A stretch of 64,000 nucleotides of DNA from Methanothermococcus sp. Ax23 (lineage in GTDB: Archaea > AGJL01 > Methanococci > Methanococcales > Methanococcaceae), in NCBI RefSeq assembly GCF_049075655.1, contig NZ_CP157522.1, positions 1,120,001-1,184,000 of the forward strand, given 5' to 3'. A program made the position numbers and the translations under genes. Every line of letters begins with the position of its first letter. Within the stretch, counting starts at the first letter, position 1. The notes beneath the pieces are model-generated. The model made no database searches and was not told where the DNA came from. It saw only the letters and a program-made list of their open reading frames with translations. Below are positions 20,905 to 29,665 of this stretch, one piece after another.

Positions 20905-21567
20905 ATGGATTTAATTTTAATTTTCATTGCAGGGATTTTTACGGCATTGGGGCCCTGTGTCATGACTGTGCTACCTGTTGTATTTGCATACACATTTGGA
21001 ATTTCTGAATCAAAAACCGAAGCATTTATAATATCTTTAAGCTTTGTTCTGGGATTTTCCATAGTTTTTAGTTTGTTGGGGGCACTTTCATCAGCATTTG
21101 GAATTATTGTAGGGTTCTCGAATATAAAATATTTAGCAGGAGCTCTGGCTATATTATTCGGTATAATGATATTGTTTAAAAAAGGTTTTTCGTTTAGGTC
21201 GAAACAGAATCCATTTACAAAAATTATAAAAAAATTTAATAAACAGGTATCATTTAAATACAAAGTATTAACTTCAATTGTATTGGGAGTATCTTATGGA
21301 TTTGGTGCAAATGTATGTGCAGACCCTGTTTTAGCAGGTATATTAACATATACAGCTTCAAAAGCGGATGTAATATTTGGATTTTTTGCACTACTAATTT
21401 ATTCGCTGGGTTATGGACTTCCCATAGTATTGTTAAGTGTGGCTGGTGCAGAAGGTAAAAAAATCCTTGAAAATATTGCAGATTCTAAAATAGCAAATGT
21501 AATATCGGGGATAATACTTATAATACTGGGAATTTATCTAATCTTTGGTGTGGCTGTCGGATTATAA
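20905..21567 (+). CDS. ccdA: CcdA/DsbD-type membrane disulfide-transfer protein
   Basis: GPCVMTVLP and second Cys (VCADP), six TM segments. Confidence 0.88.
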   Translation: MDLILIFIAGIFTALGPCVMTVLPVVFAYTFGISESKTEAFIISLSFVLGFSIVFSLLGALSSAFGIIVGFSNIKYLAGALAILFGIMILFKKGFSFRSKQNPFTKIIKKFNKQVSFKYKVLTSIVLGVSYGFGANVCADPVLAGILTYTASKADVIFGFFALLIYSLGYGLPIVLLSVAGAEGKKILENIADSKIANVISGIILIILGIYLIFGVAVGL

Positions 21568-21639
21568 GTCTGAAAGTTTTATTTTAATGGTGGATTTTAA
21601 AAAAATGGTGAAATAAAAACATATGTTAATTCTTTAAGG

Positions 21640-21676
21640 AAGCGAGCAGCGAAAAACCTAAGGTTTTTCGTCTAAT
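21640..21676 (-). repeat. Truncated double-hairpin element
   Basis: Minus strand reads ATTAGACGAAAAACC tta GGTTTTTCGCTGCTCGCTT; the second stem has lost its 3' arm. Confidence 0.75.
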
Positions 21677-21772
21677 GTTGGATTTATTACAAACTTTTTA
21701 TTGCAGTTTTTACATGGTATTTTTGTATTACTACTCCATTTGAGGTTGTGTATTTCCCACATCACTTACTTT

Positions 21773-21857
21773 CTGACCTACTCCAACGGGTGAACTCGTT
21801 GGGTTCTCGCTTACGGTAGTAAGCGAGCAACGAAATCACGAAGTGATTTCGTCTAAT
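21773..21857 (-). mobile_element. 85-bp fragment: nested double hairpin plus IS605 right end
   Basis: Matches the MITE right end (1 substitution) and stops exactly at the ATTAGAC boundary of the nested hairpin element. Confidence 0.88.
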
Positions 21858-21977
21858 ATAACAGTGTTGTTTGAATTACAATGTATACAGTTCAACTGGA
21901 AACACCACTTAGTTTTTTATAATACTTGGGTATCCAGTATTTATTTAAACCTTTTCAAAAAATAAAATAATATAAAT

Positions 21978-23444
21978 TTATGCATTTTTGGATTTCCATT
22001 CATTCAATATTTTTTCCCAGTTGTTCTTCAAGAAATCACCCACCTGTGAGGAATCCCTTGTTCCAACTACGCATGTCCACCCAGTTTTTTCTTCAATATC
22101 TCCTCTTGCAGGAGCTGCCAATCCTGGGAGTATTATTATCTTATGATTTACCTTTTCCGCTACACCGGTTTCTTCTATAAGGTTCTTAGCATTTTCACCG
22201 CAGTATTGACCACCAGCAACTGCAACATCCACCGCTTTACCTTCTGTATCCATCGATAAGAGCCAGCATTTAACACCATCTTTCTCAAAGTCTCCTGTTA
22301 CCGTGTAGAATGTTAATGAGAAGTTCGTAGTCATAATTACAGGGCTGTTTTCATCTGGGTTTCCTATTGGATATAATCCAGGTTCAACTGCCTGAGGTTT
22401 TCTTGGGTCGGTATATATTGCCTGTCTAAGTGTAAGTATTGGCATTAATTCCCATACCTCAGTTCCATGGAGAATCATTACATCGGCATACCTATTCAAC
22501 ATTGCATTTGCCGTTCTGGCTTCCATAACTCCTGCGGCTTTGTCAGGTTCTTCTATAAATTGATTTATTGGATTATTTCCATTTAAAACATACATATAGG
22601 TGTTTATTGGGAGTCCCAATATTGGGTATCCCAATAATTTATCCCCTCGTTCTATTGCACTTCTTCTTATCATTACAAACTTATCAAGTGTTTCTGCAAT
22701 GTTTTCAGGTGTTGTGTGAGGGTCTAAAACCAAATCTTCAATACTATACTTAACGCATTCCTTAGCCATGCCCTTTAATGTTTTTATATCATCTGAGGAT
22801 AAAACTAGTGCAAACTCCTTTCCAGCTTCTTTCTTTGCTATCAGCATTTTAAGGAGCTCTGCAAAGTTATCCTTTGTAGCTGCATAAATCATAGGTTTTG
22901 ATTTAACAACATCCAAAGCTTTTTCTATATTATCGGGATTAAGTGAGCATAATGCAATAGGCAACTTTGTAGCTTCCTGAACAATCTCAACTGCCTTTTT
23001 AAACTTTTCAGGGTCATTAGATGCGTTCCTTATGGCAACGAAATCCAATTTTAATTTTTCCCCAGTTCTTTCAAATACAAAATCCTCAACATATTTTGCC
23101 CTGCTTTTTATTTCCTCTTCTGATAAATTATCTGATATATCTACACCAAGGGGAGTCTGGTTGAAAAATGAGAGCTCATACCTATACATTACCTCGTCTC
23201 CACCCATGACACATTTTTTATCTGAATGACCAAACCAAACTTCCTTTACAGGTGGGGATAGCATCTCTATAAGTTTCTTTTTATTTTTTTCAAATTTTGG
23301 CGTGTTCATTATAGGGCAGTGTTCAACCATTGCCTTTTTATTCTGCAATTTTGTTGCAAAAGCCATACAGGAAGATTCGCCACATTTTTTACAATTCGTT
23401 TTTGGTAGGAGTTTATAAATATCCATAGCACTTACTTTTGCCAT
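21978..23444 (-). CDS. cdhE: ACDS complex gamma subunit (corrinoid FeS protein large subunit)
   Basis: LPKTNCKKCGESSCMAFA, IYTDPRKP and TTNFSLT motifs. Confidence 0.95.
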   Translation of the reverse strand: MAKVSAMDIYKLLPKTNCKKCGESSCMAFATKLQNKKAMVEHCPIMNTPKFEKNKKKLIEMLSPPVKEVWFGHSDKKCVMGGDEVMYRYELSFFNQTPLGVDISDNLSEEEIKSRAKYVEDFVFERTGEKLKLDFVAIRNASNDPEKFKKAVEIVQEATKLPIALCSLNPDNIEKALDVVKSKPMIYAATKDNFAELLKMLIAKKEAGKEFALVLSSDDIKTLKGMAKECVKYSIEDLVLDPHTTPENIAETLDKFVMIRRSAIERGDKLLGYPILGLPINTYMYVLNGNNPINQFIEEPDKAAGVMEARTANAMLNRYADVMILHGTEVWELMPILTLRQAIYTDPRKPQAVEPGLYPIGNPDENSPVIMTTNFSLTFYTVTGDFEKDGVKCWLLSMDTEGKAVDVAVAGGQYCGENAKNLIEETGVAEKVNHKIIILPGLAAPARGDIEEKTGWTCVVGTRDSSQVGDFLKNNWEKILNEWKSKNA

Positions 23445-23562
23445 TATTATCACCAATAAATAGATATGGAGTAATATAATGAGTAATAGATGATAGATAA
23501 ATTAAATGAACAATTAATAATAAATGAATAAGCTGGAAATATGGGGGTAATAAATAATAATA

Positions 23563-24753
23563 TTATGCCCTTATCCATTCGTAATTGTCCGTGTTTATTT
23601 TTACCTCTCCCGGTTTTGTAATTAGTGTTTTACCAAATTCTTTTAATACTGATATTGAAAGTGGGTGAAGCATCATGAATATATCTACACCACTTAAAAG
23701 CATAGTTAAACCTGTTGTAATTTCCCATAATGGAAGCCTGTATGTCCTATCGCCCCATTCAGGGTTTGCCATCCATGCTTCCCTTGCCCCAATGGCGTTT
23801 GTTGTTCCTGATGACATTGGCATATTTACGAGCTCATCCCCTTTCAATCCTGCCAACCTTAATCTTGTCATGGCATTTATTGAGAATTCAGCACCATATC
23901 CCAATGAACAGGTTGTTGGGTCCATTACAATCCTATCTCCATCAAGTCCATGGGATATTAATTTCCTGTTTAAGTCCTTAGCCATGTTTGGGTCCATAAT
24001 TGTCCATGATAGCACATTGTGGTCGTATTTCATAGCAGCATCTGCAACCTTTTTATAATCTAAATCAAGGTTTGCCGATGCAAGTAAGCACTTTTCTCCC
24101 TCTGCAACTTCTGCACATGCTTCCAATACTATTGGGTCTTTTTTAGGGTCACCACTACCTCCAATTACAAATGGAACATCCACTGCCTGCAATAACTCTT
24201 CCATTAATTTAGCAGCATCTCTTGCAGGAGTATCTTTTATTTTTGGGTCTGTTGATATGTGGTGTATTGTAATCATATCTGCCCCAAATTCTTTCACACA
24301 CTTTTTAGCCCATTCAGCAGGGTCGTGCATGACATCCTCAAAATACTGCCTAACATTTTTTGGAAGTCCTGGCATAGGCATGTCAAATATATCAAATGTT
24401 ACCACAGGTGCATGTGGCTGAGGTTCTTCAAATCTATACAATGCCTTTTGACCTCCAATTTTTACAACTTTTCCTCTTCCTCCTTCTGATTTTGGTTTTC
24501 CAAACTGAACTTCTCGTATATATCCTTTGTATTCATTTATTGGAGTTTCCCAATCTACTTCTGGAATTTCTATTTTCAATTCTTTACTTAATCCGGCTTC
24601 TACAAGTGTTTCTTTTAGTGCTGGTGTTTGAGGTATTACCACAGGTGGAGCCGATGGTATATTTATTACCAGTTCATCTGCGGTAATCTCAATATTGTCT
24701 ATTTCTACCCTACCTACTTTTTCCACTAGTTTTATTAGTGCATCAAAGTCCAT
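23563..24753 (-). CDS. cdhD: ACDS complex delta subunit
   Basis: DPAEWAKKCV, IGGSGDP, MDPTTCSLGYG and MMLHP motifs. Confidence 0.95.
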   Translation of the reverse strand: MDFDALIKLVEKVGRVEIDNIEITADELVINIPSAPPVVIPQTPALKETLVEAGLSKELKIEIPEVDWETPINEYKGYIREVQFGKPKSEGGRGKVVKIGGQKALYRFEEPQPHAPVVTFDIFDMPMPGLPKNVRQYFEDVMHDPAEWAKKCVKEFGADMITIHHISTDPKIKDTPARDAAKLMEELLQAVDVPFVIGGSGDPKKDPIVLEACAEVAEGEKCLLASANLDLDYKKVADAAMKYDHNVLSWTIMDPNMAKDLNRKLISHGLDGDRIVMDPTTCSLGYGAEFSINAMTRLRLAGLKGDELVNMPMSSGTTNAIGAREAWMANPEWGDRTYRLPLWEITTGLTMLLSGVDIFMMLHPLSISVLKEFGKTLITKPGEVKINTDNYEWIRA

Positions 24754-25015
24754 ATAATCACCGAAAAATCTATCATTATAAATCATTACAAATTAATAGA
24801 TATTCTAAAAAAAGTTATATATAAATCTTTTGAATGAGGCGATATCATAAAGCTTAAAATAAGCTATTAAAGATTAATTAAAGATATATTTCTCAATTAT
24901 AAACATTTTTTTAAGTATTATAGAATAGAAAAAGATATATATTAGAAATTATAATGGTTAAAAGGAGCCGTAAAATAATTATGGTTGAATAATATAAATA
25001 GTAATACTATAATGT

Positions 25016-25104
25016 GGCGCGGGGTGCTGTGCCTGGTGGCACAGGGCGGACTTCAGATCCGTCAAGTTCGTTTGAACTCGGGGTTCGATTCCCCCCCAGC
25101 GCCG
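25016..25104 (+). tRNA. selC: tRNA-Sec (UCA anticodon)
   Basis: 9-bp acceptor stem (one G.A mismatch), long D stem, anticodon loop CTTCAGA, long variable arm, 4-bp T stem with TTCGATT, G discriminator, followed by a T-run; upstream TATAAATA. Confidence 0.93.
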
Positions 25105-25149
25105 TTTTTTATATATGTCTATTTTATTTTCCAGTGTTTGAGGGGAATT

Positions 25150-26103
25150 ATGAAAAAAATATATTCCAAAACTGGTGATTTATCAGATTTTAAAAATGCC
25201 ATTTCTTTTTTGCAAGACTTTACTGGATTTATAAAAATAGATAATGGAATGTTATTTTATATTGATTCAAAACTAACGTTCTCAATCTGGGGTGGAAAGA
25301 AATCTGACTTAAAAACAATATTGAAAAACCTACCTGATATATTTTCAATTGAAATATATAAATGTTCAAATGAAGACATTAAAAAAGTTATAGATAGTGA
25401 ATTAAATAGTAATTCCACACCAACTGCCTCAAAACCTGAGCTCCTAAATGAAATATATGGGTCAATATCATCTAATGTAAAACCAGACGTAAATGCTGAA
25501 AATGGCATTTCAATAAACCTATATACAAATATATATAATTATGTGGGAATAGGATTATACGAAGTAATTTTAATACCGAAAAGATACAAATCCGATAAAG
25601 GAACATTGATATTCAAAAACTGTGATGAACTATTTGCCATATATGAGTCGAAAAATAAAACACTTGAAGGAAAAAAAGCACTTGGAAAAATAAAAACTGT
25701 GTTTGCAGTTAGTGAAATTACCGCATTTATTAAGAAAATACCCCTTAACACATTTAATAGTTATGTGGAAAAATACTCCAATGCTCTTTTAAAAACTCAA
25801 GTATCATTTGAGGAATTAATTAAAAAAATAAAAGAAAAAGGAACTAAAATAATTAAAAATGATTCATTGGTAAATGTTTTAACAGAAAAACCCTCATTAA
25901 TAGAAATCGATAAAAATATGTATATTGTATCCAACGAAAAAAAACCTGTTTATGCATTTTTTGAAGACTATGATGGAGATAAAGCATACAGATATATTAA
26001 AAATTTCTGCATTTTTAACGATATCGAAATTAAAATATACCCTCTTGATAACGATGAGTTTAAGTTGTTCAAAGAATTTCAAGAAAATAGAATAAAACAG
26101 TAG
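25150..26103 (+). CDS. DUF2226-like hypothetical protein
   Basis: True start after RBS GAGGGG; FTGFIKI motif; the ORF-track extension through the tRNA is spurious. Confidence 0.6.
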   Translation: MKKIYSKTGDLSDFKNAISFLQDFTGFIKIDNGMLFYIDSKLTFSIWGGKKSDLKTILKNLPDIFSIEIYKCSNEDIKKVIDSELNSNSTPTASKPELLNEIYGSISSNVKPDVNAENGISINLYTNIYNYVGIGLYEVILIPKRYKSDKGTLIFKNCDELFAIYESKNKTLEGKKALGKIKTVFAVSEITAFIKKIPLNTFNSYVEKYSNALLKTQVSFEELIKKIKEKGTKIIKNDSLVNVLTEKPSLIEIDKNMYIVSNEKKPVYAFFEDYDGDKAYRYIKNFCIFNDIEIKIYPLDNDEFKLFKEFQENRIKQ

Positions 26104-26160
26104 AACGATAAATAAAACGCAATATAAGCAGTAGTAAATAAGTAGTATGTAATATCTAAT

Positions 26161-26748
26161 TTATTTTGAATCTTTGAATATATTCTTCATATAGTATTTA
26201 CTATATAGAGTTCCCCCCGGATTATGTGCTAAAATTCTATCCTTAACTAAAAATGTTGTTGCAGGGGCTCTTGAATATTTTTGAAATAATATGTCATGTC
26301 CAATACACAGACCTACAATAATGTTTAAATCTGTCTCTTTTTCATTTAAAATTTCAGCCTGAGCTATGGGATTGCACATGGATTCTCTATTGTTGGGATT
26401 TATTTTTGTTAGGTTGAGCTTATCCTTATCAATTCCGCAAACTTTGCAACATACGGAGTATGTTTTAAAATAGTTTGATAAAATCTTATCCAAAGTTTTT
26501 GCTTCATTTTCCAATCCAATACAGAAAACTATTCCAATTTTTTTACATTCCATCAATTTACAAAATTCTATAATCTCTTCCAATCTGTTCTTTTTCATAT
26601 AGTAAGTTCCTTCAATGTATGATGAAACTGTTGCTATTTTTAAATTTTCATCTTTTTTATATTCTTTCATGACCTTTTCGCTAATTTCTTTTTTACAGCA
26701 GTTTTTTCCATCTGCACATAATTTTTTATCGCATACTGCACATTTCAT
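26161..26748 (-). CDS. DUF1847 Cys-rich metal-binding protein
   Basis: FCIGL, CCKVCG, MCNPIAQA and GLCIGHD motifs. Confidence 0.85.
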   Translation of the reverse strand: MKCAVCDKKLCADGKNCCKKEISEKVMKEYKKDENLKIATVSSYIEGTYYMKKNRLEEIIEFCKLMECKKIGIVFCIGLENEAKTLDKILSNYFKTYSVCCKVCGIDKDKLNLTKINPNNRESMCNPIAQAEILNEKETDLNIIVGLCIGHDILFQKYSRAPATTFLVKDRILAHNPGGTLYSKYYMKNIFKDSK

Positions 26749-26843
26749 TGTTTTACCTTTCTTTATTATATGTTTGTTTAAATATATTTATACATCCATT
26801 ACTTTGAAAATAAACTTATCAACAATTAAAAACTAGATTTTAC

Positions 26844-27219
26844 GATAAACCGCCGAGAAAGCCAACGATTTTAATCGTTATACAAAACATAGTTTTGTAA
26901 AATCTCTTACGAGATTGGATGAGAGGCGGGACATTATATCGGCTAGTAAGTAGTAAAATATAAATATGTGAAGATTAGTAGTAAGTAACGCTACCAGTCC
27001 AAGTATCTATGGGTAGGGTTATCGAAAACTCTACCGCTGGTAGTGTTTGGAAATTCAAAAGGTAGCCCTGAATCTCCTAAACGGAGATAGGGGTAGTGGG
27101 CTTGGCCACCCGTGTAGGGTTAAACCCTACTAAAATTAGACGAAATCACTTCGTGATTTCGTTGCTCGCTTACTACCGTAAGCGAGAACCCAACGAGTTC
27201 ACTCGTTGGAGTAGGTCAG
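26844..27219 (+). mobile_element. Non-autonomous IS605-derived element (376 bp, subfamily B)
   Basis: TTTAC|GATAAACCGCC...GTAGGTCAG; internal TATA at 26955-26966. Confidence 0.93.
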
Positions 27220-27240
27220 ATTTATATATTAAAATTATAA
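26986..27240 (+). ncRNA. Predicted omegaRNA/reRNA-like transcript of the MITE (scaffold plus flanking guide)
   Basis: Begins ~20-25 nt after AAAATATAAATA; multiple covarying stems; ends in the IS605 right-end hairpin. Expression is inferred, not shown. Confidence 0.55.
27135..27185 (+). repeat. Double-hairpin element nested in the MITE right end
   Basis: ATTAGA-CGAAATCAC ttc GTGATTTCG-TTGC-TCGCTTAC tacc GTAAGCGA; absent at the matching site of the full element (CTAAA|GAACCC). Confidence 0.88.
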
Positions 27241-27296
27241 GAAATTAAAATAAAAAATAATTAAATGATAATATAAATCAAATCGATTATAATTAA

Positions 27297-28610
27297 TTAT
27301 AATAAATAATCAGGCACAATATCCTTTGAAAGCAAATCTGCATAGGTTTCTTTTTCTCTGATGATAAACACTCCCTTTTCACTTGTTAATATCATTCTTG
27401 GTCTTCCTCTTGCATTGTAGTTATTTGCCATGCTTATACCATAGGCCCCAACATCCAATATGGCAATTATATCATCCACTTCTATTTTTGTGAGCTCCCT
27501 ATCTTTTCCAAATACATCTGAGCTCTCACATAAACCACCTGCAATATTTACAACTTCCTTTTCATTTCCCCTTATGACGCATGGAGTTATTTCGTGGTAT
27601 GATTCATATATTGCTGGTCTCATCATGTCGTTCATACCAGCATCAATCATTACCCATTTTGCAACAGGAGTTTCTTTAATATGATGCACTTTTCCAAGCA
27701 ATACCCCAGCTGTTGCAACTAAACTTCTTCCAGGTTCAAGTATTAAATTTGGGAGCTCGATTTTATCCTTATATTCCATCATTGTGTTTATTATAGCATC
27801 AGCCAAATCCTTTTGAACTGGAATTTCTGTGTTTTTGTCGTATGGAATACCTAATCCACCGCCTAAATTAACATCTTTTATTTCAATTCCTTCTTTTTTC
27901 AATTCAACGACGAAATCCATAACTTTTCTTGTTTCTTCAATGAAGGGCGTAATGTCCGTTAATTGGGAACCTATGTGGCAGTGTATTCCTACAATATTTA
28001 CATTTTCCATTTCTGTTGCCATTTTAATTGCTTTCATTGCAATTCCTGATTCAACATCAAGTCCAAATTTGTTCTTTTTCAATCCTGTTGAAATTTTTGG
28101 ATGTGTCTTTGGATTTACATTTGGATTTATTCTAAATGCAATATTTGCAACTTTTCCCATTTCCTTTGCAGTTTCATTTATCAATATTAATTCGCTTATG
28201 CTATCCACATTAAATGACCTTATATTTGCCTCAATCCCCATTTTTATTTCGTCTTTTGTTTTACAGTTTCCGTTGAATACTATTTTTTCTGATGGAACAT
28301 TTGAAAGCTTTGCAGTGTAGAGCTCCCCTCCACTTACAACATCGGCACCGCATCCTAATTTTGATAGCAATCTTGTAATTGCCAAGTTTGAGTTTGCCTT
28401 GTATGCGTATCCTACAATAAACTCTTTTCCTGTTTTTTCAGTGTATTCCTTAAATGCCTCAATGTATCTTGTAAAGTTTTTAACAATTTGGCTTTCACTC
28501 ATTACATAAAGTGGTGTGCCGTATTCTTTTGCCAGTTCAGTTGCATCATATCCATCTATTTTTAAAACACCATCTTCAACAGTTATCATTTCATTTCCAA
28601 GAAATTTCAT
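27297..28610 (-). CDS. lysA: Diaminopimelate decarboxylase
   Basis: YAYKAN, HIGSQ, EPGR and CESSD motifs. Confidence 0.97.
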   Translation of the reverse strand: MKFLGNEMITVEDGVLKIDGYDATELAKEYGTPLYVMSESQIVKNFTRYIEAFKEYTEKTGKEFIVGYAYKANSNLAITRLLSKLGCGADVVSGGELYTAKLSNVPSEKIVFNGNCKTKDEIKMGIEANIRSFNVDSISELILINETAKEMGKVANIAFRINPNVNPKTHPKISTGLKKNKFGLDVESGIAMKAIKMATEMENVNIVGIHCHIGSQLTDITPFIEETRKVMDFVVELKKEGIEIKDVNLGGGLGIPYDKNTEIPVQKDLADAIINTMMEYKDKIELPNLILEPGRSLVATAGVLLGKVHHIKETPVAKWVMIDAGMNDMMRPAIYESYHEITPCVIRGNEKEVVNIAGGLCESSDVFGKDRELTKIEVDDIIAILDVGAYGISMANNYNARGRPRMILTSEKGVFIIREKETYADLLSKDIVPDYLL

Positions 28611-28764
28611 ATTCTCACCCATGTAAATGTTTATATTTTATTAATTTTATTAATTTTATTTTAACAAATATCTTTTTATTATTTATACTATTAGGTAGGA
28701 TGATTTATGCAATATATGGTATTTAAATAGTATTTAAATGATGATTAATTTTATAAGGGAAACT

Positions 28765-29526
28765 ATGGTAATAAAAGAAAAAAGAAGAATGGAAGTTATA
28801 GGATTAGAAATACCGATAATCTCAGGAGATGAAGAGTTAGGGCTTAATTATCTCGCCGATTTAATTTCAAGCTACCCAATAGAAGATAAGGACATAATAA
28901 TTATAGCAGAAACCATCATATCAAAACTTGAAGGAAACATATTAAAAAAAGATGATATAAAACCATCCAAAGAAGCTTATGAGCTTGCAAAGCAGTTGGA
29001 CAAATCCCCTGAAGTTGTGCAAGTAATACTGGATGAATCAAATGAAATAGTTAAAGTTGGTGAAAAATTCATAATTACAGAAACAAAGCACGGTTTTGTA
29101 TGTGCAAACAGCGGAGTTGATGAAAGCAATTCTCTTGATGCTATAAAACCTCTTCCAAAAAATCCCGACAAAAGTGCAGCTGAGCTCAGAAAAATGATTG
29201 AAGAAAAAACTGGAAAAAAGGTTGGAGTAATAATAAACGACAGCATGGGAAGACCATTTAGAAAAGGTTCCTGTGGTGTAGCAATAGGAGTCAGCGGAGT
29301 ATGTGCATTGTGGGACAGAAAAGGAGAAGAAGATTTATTTGGAAGACCCCTTCATACAACAGAAGTTGGAATAGCAGATGAGCTCGCGGCTACTGCATCT
29401 GTTGTAATGGGGCAGTCAAATGAAGGGATACCTATTGTAATTATAAGAAACGCACCAGTTCCTTTTATTGATGGAAATGGGAAGGATTTAATTAGAAAAA
29501 AAGAAGAGGATGTTTTTAGACAATAG
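28765..29526 (+). CDS. cofE: Coenzyme F420-0:L-glutamate ligase
   Basis: CANSGVDESN, DSMGRPFR and IADELA motifs. Confidence 0.95.
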   Translation: MVIKEKRRMEVIGLEIPIISGDEELGLNYLADLISSYPIEDKDIIIIAETIISKLEGNILKKDDIKPSKEAYELAKQLDKSPEVVQVILDESNEIVKVGEKFIITETKHGFVCANSGVDESNSLDAIKPLPKNPDKSAAELRKMIEEKTGKKVGVIINDSMGRPFRKGSCGVAIGVSGVCALWDRKGEEDLFGRPLHTTEVGIADELAATASVVMGQSNEGIPIVIIRNAPVPFIDGNGKDLIRKKEEDVFRQ

Positions 29527-29665
29527 ACTATGGGAAATAATAAATCATGCAAAATTTATATATATTAATTAATAATAGTAAAGATTAAATAATATAGATA
29601 TAATTTTATAATGACATTATCCAAATAAATAAATTTCAAAAAGAACATAAATTTAGTGATGTATT

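Noticed and set aside
21858-21945. Short palindromes next to the MITE fragment
   Set aside because: Weak, single-copy stems consistent with chance in AT-rich DNA.
21978-24753. cdhD/cdhE apart from the other ACDS genes
   Set aside because: Dispersed ACDS genes are known in this order.
24985-25149. N-terminal extension of ORF 24985-26103
   Set aside because: It runs through tRNA-Sec; the real start with an RBS is at 25150.
26844-27219. MITE as an IStron or group I intron
   Set aside because: No recognisable group I core, and the copy in DUF362 is antisense to the gene.
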